DNA of 64,000 nt from Balanoglossus misakiensis (taxonomy: Eukaryota; Animalia; Hemichordata), in the NCBI GenBank assembly GCA_040954595.2, contig CM082585.2:6473808-6537807 (forward strand), in the 5' to 3' direction. Shown in pieces: positions 1 through 22,300 of the stretch (position 1 is its first letter; each line of letters starts with the position of its first letter). The position numbers and the translations under genes are program-made. The notes under the pieces are model-generated. The model was not told where the DNA came from. It did not search any database and saw only the letters and a list, made by a program, of their open reading frames with translations.

Positions 1-2005
1 GTAGCGGTAGCGTGTGCCCAATATTAGTAGCAAGTGATGTTTGAAATCAGAATAGAATGTTATCTTAGCTGAATAGATAATTGTGTATATTGAGATCATT
101 TGGGAGGCAGTTGTCACGGTGCTCAAAGGTAAAAACGAAATGGTTAGAAATTGCAGAAAATTGTTTACCATTACAGTATGTTCTGATAGATCTTTTGGCC
201 TAAAATTTTTGAATTTGTTGGAAGAAATTGTAATACTGTTTAGAATAACTAACAGAGGCACAGTTCCCATGGCAACCCCCCCCCTGCTGATTAACAACTA
301 ACATTGTGGAATTGCCAACTGTCTGTGCCATGGATCTCTTGAACAAAAAGGTCACAGAACGAGAATGAAGTGCCTTAGATAGATCAGATGTTCTGTAAAA
401 AAAATCTTGTTTTTACTGTTCTGTGTTGCATTGATTGCAATTGTTTTTTTCGTAAATTAATGTTTTGTAAAGTCATTTTACCCAACTTTTTCTTGTCAAA
501 GAATGTGACATTTTCATTTGTCTTAACTTTTAAGCGTACGTCTTTGAAAAATGCCATTTGCTAGGCATGCTGTGTAGTATATTTTAGTCAACTGGTCATT
601 TTAATCATGTACTTATATTTATTTTATATATATATATGCAATTCCCAAAATACAAATATTAATACCTCTATCGCTGTTTCCGTGTATATAAATTGCTTTT
701 ATGAGTGCGACACCTGTGGTGGGATTAAGAAATTTTTCAAGGCAATAACAATTTTGTTTGCAAATTAAAACACATTCTATATTATGTGGAAGTAGTTTGT
801 ATTTGAAGAATTGCAAATCATACATTATTTATGTTAGTGAACTAGAACTGCTTCAAGATGGCATTTAATATGAAAACAGTTTCCTCTTCTGCATTTAGAC
901 GCATGTTCCTCATTGTTTGATCTCATCCTTTTTTTTTTGTTCATTGAATAATGAACCTTTCCTGAGGAGTGTCCATGGAAATGGTCATGTGATAGACCTG
1001 CAAATAATGTTTCAAACACAATCACCTCACTGCCATGTGTCTGAAAATTAAAATCATTGACCAACAATGATTTCTGATCAAATTTGTATTGTCAGTTTTT
1101 AGGTGTTACTCTGTTTGCCATAATGTGTGATTTTTCAATTCAAATAACGTGCATTAAATTAATTTAGAATAAAAAGTGAAACTAAACGTTTTTTCTTTGT
1201 GGCCATTTATGATATCTCCACAACAGGTTTTCAGAAGATTGCATTGTCAAATTTCTGATCAGATCAAGTTGACAGATAGGTTATAGCACCTTTGTCATTG
1301 GTGATGACAGTTTTACTAACTTGTAGTAGCCATAAAATTTGACAACTTTTGCAGAGTATTTAAGTGTTTAGGATGTAAGTGCAGTATAAGAGAATTGCTA
1401 AATAAAAAAACCCACAAATTTGACGATTTTCGTGAAATTTCATCATATAGCTCTGTCAGAAGAAGTTAAATTCAGTGGTCCAATAATGTTGTTTTATTAT
1501 CCTGTCTTATTTTTTGATAAAATCCATGTGAAATACATTTGCCAACAAAAAATATTTAATACTAGTTACTTGTTTTCCCTTCAATAAATGAGTCAAGGGG
1601 AACAGAACCAACTATTTTAATTAACAACAGAATTCCAGAAAAAAAAATCACATGTTCCAGAACAGTTCATGAGTGTTCAGCATGTTGGTCATTAACTCTT
1701 TCTGTATTTTCTACTTTGTTGCCACTGTGATTTTATCATAACAAAAGTCCATAATCCACAAAGTTTAGTAACTTTCCATGGAATGTATTTATTATTATCA
1801 CATTGAATAGTTTATTTTTACAAAGTAGTTTAACATGTGTACCATATTTTCTCAAAATGATTGTGGAATACAAAAGTTTTCAAAGGGGCACAAATGTTGG
1901 GATAATTTCATATTGTATTTTACCAGTATTTATAATAAAAGATCAAATTCAATACAACATGTGGATTGTCAATGGGGTATTTTTTTTTAGCTGTAAATAT
2001 TTTAT

Positions 2006-3700
2006 ATGACACGCGTCAGTCACACAATAATTAACTTATCAGGTAGGACATATACCATAGCGCCTAGCATCCATCAGCAATGTTCACAGACACTTTACAA
2101 TATATCACAAGTAAGCTCTCATGAAGCTACATATGTTAGAAGCTGGCCCTCTGTCAGCATTGAGCAAGTTGAGAAAATTAGCATAACCAAAATGGCCGAC
2201 ACCTTATTGCATCTTGTAAAGCGCTGGCAAGAGGCTGCTGGAAGAAACGGAAGTAAAGAAAGCAGTCCAACAGTCAAGACTTGAGCAGCCCAAACATACC
2301 CCACACAAGGGAAAAGATTGAAATCCACCTCAAAACAATATGTTAAGAAACTGCGAGTAACATGGGGATAAAAATCTGGGCGAATAGTGGCTGGAATGCA
2401 TTGCATCATCAGACAAAGAAACTGTAGAGTTTAGAAAGTCAAGCCAAGTCTTCAGCTGTCTACCAAAAGATCTCTTCAGAAGATAACTATCTTAGCCAGA
2501 CATCAACCGATATGTTTGAAGATGTAATAAACACAATGAACAAGCTAAATGAAGAGGTGAAAGGGGGATATATCCAAGAGATACACTATTTCCCATTTAA
2601 AGTTGTATGTTTCACTGAGAAACAGTTGAACATTTACAGAAGACTCTGCCAGACTAAAAGGGCATACCTGCATATCGATACAACGGGGACAGTGGTCAAA
2701 CGACCAGCACATCAGTCATCGCATTTTGTACTATGCTATTGGTGTGTCATCAGACATGTTGCTGACATGGCCAAAGATGAGGAATACTACGAAGATTTAA
2801 AATAAATTAATTTGTGTGTTTATAATTGTTGTTTGTTACTTTATATTGTTGTTTTGCCCTTTATTATAGAGAAAATATTATCGAGATGAAGCGGCTTCTG
2901 GACTATGTACCTTAATTGGTACAACAACATCGGCAAGAAGCTGCAGATAGATGACGTAATGGCTGAGGATGAGGAGTTTTACGATGATTTGGAACAAATA
3001 TAAATTAATTTGTGTGTTTGTAATTGTTGTTTCTTTATATTGTTGTTTCATAAAGTTCTTGCCATTAAATAATAATATTTGACCAAAAAACATTAAAAGT
3101 AATTTACCTTTAGGGCTACAGATGTGATTCATTGCGCATTCACCAAATAATTTAGAAGAAAAATCAATTATTTCGCATTGAGCAGCCACATGAGAACAGA
3201 CATCCCGAAAAACATGCATATTGTATCGAACTTATTAAAAAAGGAGGGGAATTACTGTAGTAAGAGCATTATTTTCAACACACATAACACTAGTACTGTT
3301 GTGGCATACATGAAACATTACTGATATGTAGCAATGTTCCTAGTATGTTTACATTGCAACAACAGAGTTGCAACCCAAGTCACATGAAACAACCACATGA
3401 AACATGGATGTGGTACGACTGTTTCATGTCTGTTATGTTACATGGCTTAAAGCTTTTCACTGTGTCGCATAGTGAAAGACATCATCTACTACACACTGGA
3501 CGCCTGCCATGGAAATCAGTCTGAAAAGACTGAAAGCCAAAATTGCTCGACAAGCTGATGTCCCAGATATCTCTGTCTCTGAAGAAAACAAGGAGTTTGA
3601 TAACTCTTATGATTCTTATTTAGATCCCAGAGGCAAGAGTATCAGGGAGCAGTCACCACTATTGTGACCAGATGACAAAATCAATGCCATGGGAAACACT
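2006..3700 (+). mobile_element. Decayed MULE/NOF-FB-like DNA transposase remnant (fragmented by stops and frameshifts)
   Basis: ORF 2512-2805 encodes GGYIQEIHYFPFKVVCFTEKQLNIY...LHIDTTGTVVK, resembling the LHxDATG segment around the first catalytic Asp of NOF-type Mutator-like transposases. Flanking frames are broken and no splice structure rescues them. Boundaries are approximate. Confidence 0.55.
2761..3048 (+). repeat. Imperfect ~95 bp direct duplication
   Basis: atggc..gatgagga..tacga.gattt...taaattaatttgtgtgttt.taattgttgttt...ctttatattgttgttt occurs at ~2767-2856 and again at ~2959-3048. Confidence 0.75.
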
Positions 3701-3787
3701 CCAGAAAGTGAATATTCGTCGCTTGAGGGTGTTATATACGAATGGTTCTTGTATCGTGCCAAGGCAATTATTCAGTCCAAAGACTAA

Positions 3788-4648
3788 TTATTTTCCTTTA
3801 TACTCTGGTTCCCTCTTCCCAATAAATGCTTCAAGACCTTCAATTCTGTCATCGGTGGGTATAATTTGTGCGTAGCAAGCAGTTTCTACAGCAAGTCCAG
3901 TGTTGATGTCCACACTAAGACCAGTATTGATGGCTTTCTTCGCCATTCTGATTGCAACGGGTCCCTTTGTTAGTATCTTGGATGCCATTTGCAACGCCTT
4001 TTCATAAGCCGCTTCTCCCTCCTCGTTTTGCTGCACTGCATAATTAACCAGTCCAATTCTCTCCGCCTCTTCTCCGGAAAATCTCTGATCACAGAAGATG
4101 ACCTCCTTCGCTTTCGCCTCGCCAATCAGTCTCGGTAGATTCTGGGTACCGCCTGCGCCAGGGATGAGGGCGTGGCCTGTCTCTGGCAATCCCAGCACCG
4201 CGCCTTTAGCGGCAACTCGCATATCGCACCCCAAAGCGATCTCCAGACCGCCTCCGAGCGCGAAGCCCTCAATGGCGGCGATTACCGGAACGGGGAACGT
4301 CTTCAACTCGTGCGCGATCCGTTTAATCCTTTGGCTGGCTTCTTCAATCTGATGGGGTTTCATCGTGTACCTCTCCTTCAAGTCGGCGCCGACGCAGAAA
4401 ACTTTCGGAATGTCACTTTTGAGGATCACTGTTCTCAGGTTTTCGTTGAATTTCAACGACTGTAAAATCGCACTGAACTGCTCACTAAACTTTTTGTCGA
4501 TGGCGTTCTTGGCGCCATTTCTTCTACACATGCCAAGAACTGCCACGCCGATGTGGCGACCTTCCAGGTGCGTCAACCTGATCATGGACTCTTTCGAGTC
4601 AGTGCTGATAAAACGAACCTGTCTGAAGAAACAGCGAAAATATGCCAT
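3788..4648 (-). CDS. AUH: Methylglutaconyl-CoA hydratase (AUH)-like crotonase, intronless copy A, 286 aa
   Basis: Uninterrupted ORF with FCVGADLKER, GGGLEIALGCD, PET..IPGAGGTQNLPR and C-terminal CYAQIIPTDDRIEGL..F..KREPEYKG. Both catalytic Glu are present. Short Arg-rich N-terminus resembles a mitochondrial presequence. Confidence 0.9.
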   Translation of the reverse strand: MAYFRCFFRQVRFISTDSKESMIRLTHLEGRHIGVAVLGMCRRNGAKNAIDKKFSEQFSAILQSLKFNENLRTVILKSDIPKVFCVGADLKERYTMKPHQIEEASQRIKRIAHELKTFPVPVIAAIEGFALGGGLEIALGCDMRVAAKGAVLGLPETGHALIPGAGGTQNLPRLIGEAKAKEVIFCDQRFSGEEAERIGLVNYAVQQNEEGEAAYEKALQMASKILTKGPVAIRMAKKAINTGLSVDINTGLAVETACYAQIIPTDDRIEGLEAFIGKREPEYKGK

Positions 4649-5270
4649 GGTAGATTAATACCGTGGATTTTAACGACTAAGAAGTACCCGCCAGCTTCAA
4701 CACACGTCCATCCCTCGTGGTTGCTCTTTGGAATAGTGTATGTAAGGTCACGGGTATCCCTAACTCACTAAAAAATATCCGCTCGGGTGAAAGTTTAGCT
4801 CAAGGTGGCGCTGCACTGTCTTATCCGGCGAGTTTAGTCAAAGTGGTGTTCGGGGCTTTGCTGATATTTCTATTTTTCAGAAACTACTTATCTGAGGTGA
4901 CATAATTTCTTAAATGTGGAGTGCAGGCAGACACACAAGAATACAAATAAACCATAAAGTGTCATCAAATACTGTATTACACACTTTATTTCCAAAAGGA
5001 TGATGTGGCTCCAAATAACTTTCTATCTTACAGTCTGTACAATTCCAATAAAGTTTGGTATCAAATGATTCCACCAACCAATTAACATGAAAACTAGCCG
5101 ATAGCGCCATGTACTCTTATTGGATGTGTGTTGTCAATGAACCAGTGGACCTCGATTCTACCAGTATTGTTTGTTTTGCCAATCCATAGTATTAATATAT
5201 GATTATACTTTATGACACACTTGATGAGAACACACAGTAATCTGACATGGCTCAATACAGGAATGGTTGG

Positions 5271-6230
5271 TCATTCACCGGTGAAGACTGGTTTCTTCTT
5301 TGCAGCAAATGCTTTCAGAGCTATGATTCTATCTTTGGTGGGGATAACCTGAGCATAACACGCCTCCTCAATAGCCAGACCGGACTGCAGATCAACTTCT
5401 ATGCCTTTATTGATGGCAATTTTCGCCATCCGCACGCCGATCGGTCCATTTGGACAAATTGCTTTGGCCATCTCCACTGCTCTTTCATAAGCCGCGTTGC
5501 CTTCTTCGTTTTGTTCTACAGCATAGTTCACGAGTCCAATTCTCTCGGCCTCAATTCCGTCTATGACTTTGCCTGCGAAGATCATCTCTTTGGCTCGACT
5601 GACACCAATGGCCCTCGGCAGACGCTGCGTTCCCCCGCCCCCGGGGATGATGGCCAGTTTGGTTTCCGTGAGTGCCATTTTAGCGTCGACAGATGCGATT
5701 CTGATGTCGCACGCAAGGGCCATTTCCAGCCCTCCTCCGTACGCACCCCCGTCGATGGCGGCTATCACAGGCATGGACAGATTCTCCAGGTCAGCCAGCA
5801 CTCTCCGCAGAGAAGCTACGAATGGACCAACCTCGCTTGGGGCCATTTTGGCTCGCTCTTTCAAGTCGGCGCCGGAACAGAACATCCCCGGCGTGGTACT
5901 CGCGATGACCACCGATCGCACACTCTTTTCGAATTTCAGAGTCTGAACTGTATCGATGAGCGACGCCGACATCTTCTTACTGATGGCGTTTCGCGTTTTC
6001 GGACGGTTCATAGCCAACACCGCAATGACTCCGAGATCATGACTGGGGTCCTCGCTCGCGTCGACGTACTTGACAACCAGATCTTCCGTTTCATCAGAGC
6101 TGTATGACCGCCTGTACACGCTAAGTTGGGGAAGCAATCTTGGCGCACTGACGTGTCGTCCTGATACAAACGAACGACAAGCATTGCGACTGAAAGATAA
6201 CAAGTGCATAACTTTCGTGGTCGCCGCCAT
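5271..6230 (-). CDS. AUH: Methylglutaconyl-CoA hydratase (AUH), mitochondrial, intronless copy B, ~319 aa
   Basis: ORF from ATG at 6230 (context caaaATGGCGGCG). Arg/Ser-rich presequence, then FCSGADLKER, GGGLEMALACD, TETKLAIIPGGGGTQRLPR and EEACYAQVIPTKDR, which closely match AUH. Confidence 0.93.
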   Translation of the reverse strand: MAATTKVMHLLSFSRNACRSFVSGRHVSAPRLLPQLSVYRRSYSSDETEDLVVKYVDASEDPSHDLGVIAVLAMNRPKTRNAISKKMSASLIDTVQTLKFEKSVRSVVIASTTPGMFCSGADLKERAKMAPSEVGPFVASLRRVLADLENLSMPVIAAIDGGAYGGGLEMALACDIRIASVDAKMALTETKLAIIPGGGGTQRLPRAIGVSRAKEMIFAGKVIDGIEAERIGLVNYAVEQNEEGNAAYERAVEMAKAICPNGPIGVRMAKIAINKGIEVDLQSGLAIEEACYAQVIPTKDRIIALKAFAAKKKPVFTGE

Positions 6231-6450
6231 TTTGGACCTGATGAACAACCCCCTAACTCACCCCCAAAAGTGAAGTCACTCGGTTTTTCGGTCATGTTCG
6301 GTGTACAAGAGAGACGCAGATTCTGGCCCTCTATCAATTATCAACCATATATGACTAAAATGCCTTATGAGGACAGAAGCATGAGACTCCCACATCAAAC
6401 CACTGACCGTACCCGCTCTGAGGTCTATGTCGCAAATCCCAGGGCTCAAA

Positions 6451-6460
6451 TCTCGCGAGA
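6451..6460. promoter_or_regulatory. TCTCGCGAGA palindromic promoter element (BANP/ZBTB33-type motif)
   Basis: Exact TCTCGCGAGA ~220 bp upstream of the AUH copy B start codon, in a CpG-containing region. Confidence 0.45.
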
Positions 6461-7680
6461 AAAAAAACGGGAAGTTGACTTTACTGCTTTGCGTTCAGGC
6501 CCTATAAATAACCAAACCGTCTTAATTCCACATTTTTATTTAGTCACCCAATTCATTATGCGCTGTATTTTTTGCAGCGAATTGGATACTTCCTAGCCAT
6601 TTCTCTTTACCCCAGACTTCTGCGGTGAATTTCTGATCGTACATTGCATTACGTCATGAGACAATTCTGCAGGGTATCTCTACAGCGGAGGCCATGATGC
6701 CACTTGACTCGGAATGACATCAGAGCTGTGGAATGTGACAGGTACAAGGGACGCGCAGCCGCTATGAGTTTACATTTCAGACATGAAACATATTTGTCAT
6801 TTCCGATACCCAAGACATAATGTTAATAAAGATAATAAGTAGTTACCGATGTTGCAGGAATGATTCATTCTTAATGACAATATGAATGTCCAAGTAGGGC
6901 CTATTTCTGTGTTTCTTGATATTTTCCACCATTTTCACAACAATTTTCGCGCCTTTTTGATACAGCAGATAACAGCACGAGTATTAAGCACATCTCTTAA
7001 TTCGCGATCGATTTTGAGGCCAATGTAAGTATTAATTGGAAAACCTCTAATGGATTAGGCAAAACACTGCTTACAGAGTCGGAGAAATCATCTGTTTTGG
7101 GGTGTTTTGCTATCGAGAAAGGTACCTACAGTAGCAATCCGTGGGCGGTGTTTTTTGAATACCAAGCTTGGGTAGTCAGTGCCAATTGTGAGTTCGCAGT
7201 GTCACTCATATACGGTCATAGCGGACATACCTGTGTGACCTCATGCAAAACAATCACCTGTTGTCTCTATCAGGGTATGCGATCTGTACATTACGTTGGA
7301 GTTCAGATCTTACTGAACTAAAATATGCGGACATTTTTATGATTGACAGGGAAAGCATTAAATCTTCTTATTCAATTATCCTGAATTTTGTCAAGGGACA
7401 TCTCCCGCGAACGTTAAAATGTGTAAAGTTTTAACGACAAAATGGGCTATGGATGAAATATAGGTTCAAAGTTCTGTAACGTGTTTGCGGTACGTCATAA
7501 GACAATTATTAACAGGTGTGTGGCGAAAGAGATAACGTATTGCATTTTACCCACACCCTATAGGACACAAACTAGTTAATGGTTAACTAGCATCACCAGG
7601 CTTGGGCGGGTAACAAAGCCATTACAGGCCCACAAATAGCCATTTTGTAAAATCCGACCGCGACACCGTCGGACACAAAC

Positions 7681-16825
<9,145 letters not shown>

Positions 16826-19398
16826 TCAGTGGCGCCTTTTCAAGACGTTTTATTTCAAGAATATTGTGCATTGCTTTTTCAAATTGATGCTAGAATTTCT
16901 CTGTAGACCAGTCAGAGTAGAAGTTTGAACAGATATTTCTCTCTAAACAAGCAGAACTGTTTTACACAAAGAAGACGTAAACTTTTGATCTTTCTTCATT
17001 TTATATTTTTCTCGAGGAGTTTGTTTCGGTTACCTTACCCTATATCGCCTTGCCAAAATGCGAATCATAGATGTGGACTACTTTTTAGTGACTTTTTACA
17101 AAAAAAATATAAAAAAAAATGTGTAGTGTTTTAGACTTCCCCATCCGATATGTGTACATTTTTAAAACAAATGTCTGTGACATAATATTGATTATCATGA
17201 TTTACTCAATAAGAATCCATTTTACTATGAAACTATTGATGTATTAGTATTACATCGTTTCAAAAAGTTCAGATTATTTAATGGTTTGAGGTTTGATAAA
17301 ACAACTTCATTTTCTTTACTTAGTTTAACTTTAACACCGATAGGCCTTTTGGTGTTTTTGTAATGAAGTTATGTAATGCTGGAGTGTGTACCCGCATTGC
17401 GAGATAGTACTGTTTCGATTCAATTTTGGACACCTGAGTCACCTGTTCTCATCATACGTTTTGAATACGAAATATGAGCTGACAAGTATGAGCTGTGATA
17501 TGCAGTTTCTGATGATCTCGGAAAGCAAATGAATAATCACGCCTTTGGCACGACTAGTCTAGGACATTTGTGTATCAAAATATCAAATCGCAGTTTTACG
17601 AGTCTGTTTATATTTTTTGGTGTTTACTTTAGGTTTTCATTTTGATGAACAGTATTGACCAACTTGCGTATAGACATATTTTCGTCTATGTATAACATTT
17701 CTAGTTATTCAGAATATAGATCTTTATCAGTCCATGTGAGGCTCTATACAGGCTGTCCAAATGACGTCATAGATGCTAAAGAACTTTAAGGATTTAGTAA
17801 ACAAGTTCAGTAGGATTTGTTTGCTGTGAAGGTATAGTTTATCACGCAGTCGTTCTCAGTAAGACAATTTTTTCTTACGGTATGCCAATATGCCATTGTC
17901 GCGAAGATGGCAGTTGTCGGCGGAAAAGTCGTGGCCTTTTTTCGGCAAAGGAACCCATAACAATCATTTATTGGTTATAATTTGGTGTGTGATTTTTAAA
18001 AATAGATAATTAGTGTATTTGCTCTAAATACTGCCGGTTTGTCAAGTGTTTGGGACAGTAATCAAAATATCCCAATGCTATTAGGCTATGTGAACTTCGT
18101 GTATCTTTTTATAGGGCCATTGAAATAAATGATGGACAGTCAGTTTTTACCCTGGACCTGAGAACTTGTATTAAATAATGATGTCTGACTTTCTTTTGAA
18201 AGGAGTGAATCATATATTTCTTCAAAGGTGTACTGGAAACAGGAATTTAAAACGTCCAGATATGGTCACACACGCTGCGTGAAACATCATCTATCACGTG
18301 ACTGGGAAGACTAACATTGTACATATTATAAAAATAACGAACAATCCATAGTTTAATGCTCTGGGAATCTTCAGTACATAAGTAGGGTAATATTTCTGTG
18401 CCATCGAGTTGTAACTTTTATTGCAGATATAACCAGCCCTTGTTCGCAAACTCCAATGGGATCTGCACATCCTTTCGTAAAAACAGCGCCAAGCATCTGT
18501 TCGCCGATTCCGAGGAAACGAGGTCGTTCCGTAAAAACAAATGAGCATATCACTGAAGTTAACAGTGCATTTAGGAATTTCGTTTCCACACATGAACGGG
18601 GCCAATCCGTCTCTCCCGCGATAACTGGAGCCGACGAGGCACAAATGAAACAGCCTACAAACTCACTTTGGATGAGATCGCTTATCTGACGCTAATAGTC
18701 ATGTTACTGCGACATTCAAGACGTCTAATGAACATCGGCTAATTAATCAAGCGCAAATCTCGCCAAGTCGACTGGGGTTCAACGAAGCATGGCCACCAAG
18801 ACATATTCGCGGGAAAAGTTGCAACGCTTCCAAGAGCACGGCAGATATTCGAGTATCACTGTAAGAAACATTAAACCAGATATAATCACAAGATGCGCAC
18901 TTTTGTCCGCGAATTCTAAAAACAGATCTATACATCAATCAAATGTTGACGTGCGTGACGAATGCGTTTCGTAATGAAATATCTCATCACTTCGAAATAA
19001 AAGTACTTTCCCGTTGAAAGACCTTTCATGAGCTCTCTTGTTGATCGGCAGACTTCATGAAACGAGTTGACCCGGCGACTTAATCAAGACACCGTTACAG
19101 TAAACTTCGCGACCTCCGCCCTTGTCGCAGTAGGGTACAGCGGACCCTGACACTCCAGTGCGACATGTATAACGTTGGAAAATTTAAACCATTCGTTGCA
19201 ACGGCGCTAATTGGCTCTCTGGATCCTACATCTGTTGTCTGTGTGACGTCATAAGAGGAAGGACATCTTTTTTTTCTCTCTGATCTGGAACGCGGCCGTC
19301 TAAAACCACATCGCGCTCCACTCTGCACTCTGTAACAGACCATTAGGCACACGAGCAAGGAATACTAAATTCTGCTGAGACCCGGAGAACGCTTGAAA

Positions 19399-22300
19399 AT
19401 GGTGGCTACTGAGACCTCGGCGAAATCCGGCCCAGCTCCCGCGAAAATCGGCGGCAGCCACCACGGCAACTGGTCCCTGGCGCTCGGAATTTTCATCGCC
19501 CTCTACACCGTGCTGACGATGTACTGGTTCTTCAACTTGAAAACCAAAACGGCCGACTTGGAAGAAGAACTGAAAAGTTTGCAGAAAAGTTTGCAAGAGC
19601 AAGAAGACCTCATACACTACTTTACCGTCAAGAAAGACTTCAAATGGTTCGCTGTGAGTAGAGCATGTTTGTCCGATAAATTTCTGCCGAGAATCAGAAA
19701 GTGAGATGAGTTTAAATCCGTACGAACAAATATTGAAGGCTATGGTGAGACTTCGCTGTGAAAAATACTGTTGCACGATGTGAAAATAAACACGGCTAAC
19801 CTATTACATTCAGGGAAAGTCGTATTGCAAACATCATGATATATACATGTAATGTAATATTTACACAGTATGTAAATAATAGCGAGATATTAAGTGTTTT
19901 TGGACTTTTTTCTGCCACAGCCGTCACGTTTACGTCGTGGAATGAACGGGGATAGAGAAGATGACATGATCAGCTGTTTTGTTTGTCCGCCAGGTGAGAT
20001 TGTGACGCGGCGTTTAACTTGTACAGATACCAATGCATGAAAATACGCACGTTATAGTCTCACAACTTGAAAAAGTGCAAGTGTCAAGCAATGTTGTAGA
20101 TGAGCAGTCTATCAACTACGCCGACATCCGATGAAATTTTAACTTTGCAGTATAACGCAGTATAGAAACGCTCAAATCGACGCCTAAACCTACATCTTTA
20201 TATTAGTAATTATTCTTTATACGTACGCATATAATAAAGATGAAATTCCTTTGTTGTTTTCGATAGCTATGTACATCACAGTCACTGTGACCGTGTGTAT
20301 ATACATGAACTTATATCCATGCACAAAAGACGCTTTCTCGAAAGCAGGGCTCGCCATATGTGCATCATATCATTAAGGTCAGGGACGATAACAAACACCC
20401 CTGGATAGTCAAGGTTTGTGTAGTTCGCAAAAAAATAACACTGATGTCAGTTGGAAGATGTGGAAAAGCTACTAAAGAGATTTCAGTTTGTTACTTCTAT
20501 GATAAATGAAAGCGTCTTCGGTTACTATAGCATGATATAACTCTTTAATTATCTTTCGTAGGTCCTCTTGGTCCCAAAGGCGACAAAGGTAAGACTGTTA
20601 TAATTTCTGTTGTGGGAATGTTCATGGAAGTTCGAACTGGGTAAAATAACTTGAGCGCGCAAAATCGACCCTCGATTTTTATTCTCAATTTTAAGAGATA
20701 AAAGGGTTTAAGACTTTGATTTTCGAGGTACATTCTACCTCGATTCGGAAATCCAGGGCTCTTTTATGACTTGGATAAACAGATCACGATAACGACCACA
20801 CAAAGCATCGGTGTATCATTAATTGACCATCACAAGAATGCATTGTGAATATTAATCAGATGCTGGGGCCACTTTTGCACTTCTAAGAGAACTCATTGAT
20901 TTTGACAGGTGATGAAGGTCCCCGAGGGAAACGGGGGAGGAGAGGAATAACGGGCAAACAAGGTCAGTATTTGCACGTGAGCCTTGTGCCTTTTACATGT
21001 ATATGGTCATACAGCGACCACTTGGAGAATAAATAAAGCCATTACATGTACATTTGTATGTTGGTGGAAAGTTGCACCAAAGCACATATCTCTCAACACA
21101 TGCACGTCGTGATAACATCGAAGAGTAGACCTATGAAACGCGTGTGTGTTTGCACAGAAGCGCATAGAAATGATGGCAGATACAAAACGAAGGAAGTGTG
21201 ACGTCATAAATGTTGTTGTTGCCAGGTAGCAGAGGAGCACCGGCGCCACACGGAAAAACGGGTAGAAGGGGAGACAGCGGCGACATTGGACCACCTGGAC
21301 CCCCAGGTGCAAAGGGAGATGTAGGAGAGAAAGGTACATATGACGTCATACATTACTCATCACCAATAATACGAGTTTACATGGATGCCATTAAAGTAAA
21401 TCACCTTTTCAATAAAGTCGAAAATTGAGGAAACAATCTCTTTTTATAACACTGCCTCGCTACCTTTGTGTCAGACGCCGCTTTCTCTGTAAGAGCTGCA
21501 TGTACAACACCTTGCTTGTTGTTGCTATATAACTTCCATCTCTCTCCGTCCCTTCATGAAATGGTCTGTTTCAGGCGATATAGGTCACCAAGGCCTGAAG
21601 GGTGAGATGGGTTTGAGGGGTTTACCCGGACCTCAGGGACCGCGAGGTAATATGAAATCCATGGTCATATGAGTGAGCACCAACTGACTTTGTCTTCACA
21701 ATACATTGAAATTGCGATATAAATTTACAATCGGTTGCATGTCACGTCGCCGTTTACATGTGCAGCTCAGGCGACAGAAATAGACGTAGCCCAATGATTT
21801 GAGTGACGTCGGCCAAGTTCATCGTCTGTGATATTTGCGCTGAAAGGTTTCTTGTACCGTTTATCTTTCAGGTGCTACGGGTAGCCACACGATATCCGAG
21901 GTTGGTTTTGGTTCAAAAATCTTCACATGTATACCGCTTACACGCAGCTTTACCCTACCAGCATTCATGTACACTTACGGTGCGGCAGAAGAGCGCCACA
22001 TTTCTAATACCTACGACGAAAGGTCTGATTGTATTAGGGCCCAATTAAATCTTAAATTTACATCCGGTTTCGTACGTGTTGGAGTGATGAAGTTCGCTTT
22101 AATTTTCGGAGGTATCCTAAATCTATGACTTATGTTTCGTTATTTCTGAATGTACTAAGATACAGACAACTCCCCAAGCTATCCATCTCCAAGGCAACAG
22201 CGCACACAAATTCCCGAGTCTCATGCGCCTTGGTAAGTTATATATAATCTATATGTCGTGTTTCAAATACAAAGTATTGATACAGTGGCACTCTTGTACT

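Noticed and set aside
5247-6107. 286 aa ORF on the + strand (also 4098-4658 and 5563-5946)
   Set aside because: Antisense shadow of the AUH coding sequences; no recognisable motifs.
16900-19300. Short ORFs in the intergenic region between the GH31 and EDA-like genes
   Set aside because: No coding motifs or consistent splice structure.
21901-22022. Open extension of EDA-like exon 7 to a donor at ~22023
   Set aside because: Phase-incompatible with the next exon (PQAIHLQG frame); the donor at 21901 fits.
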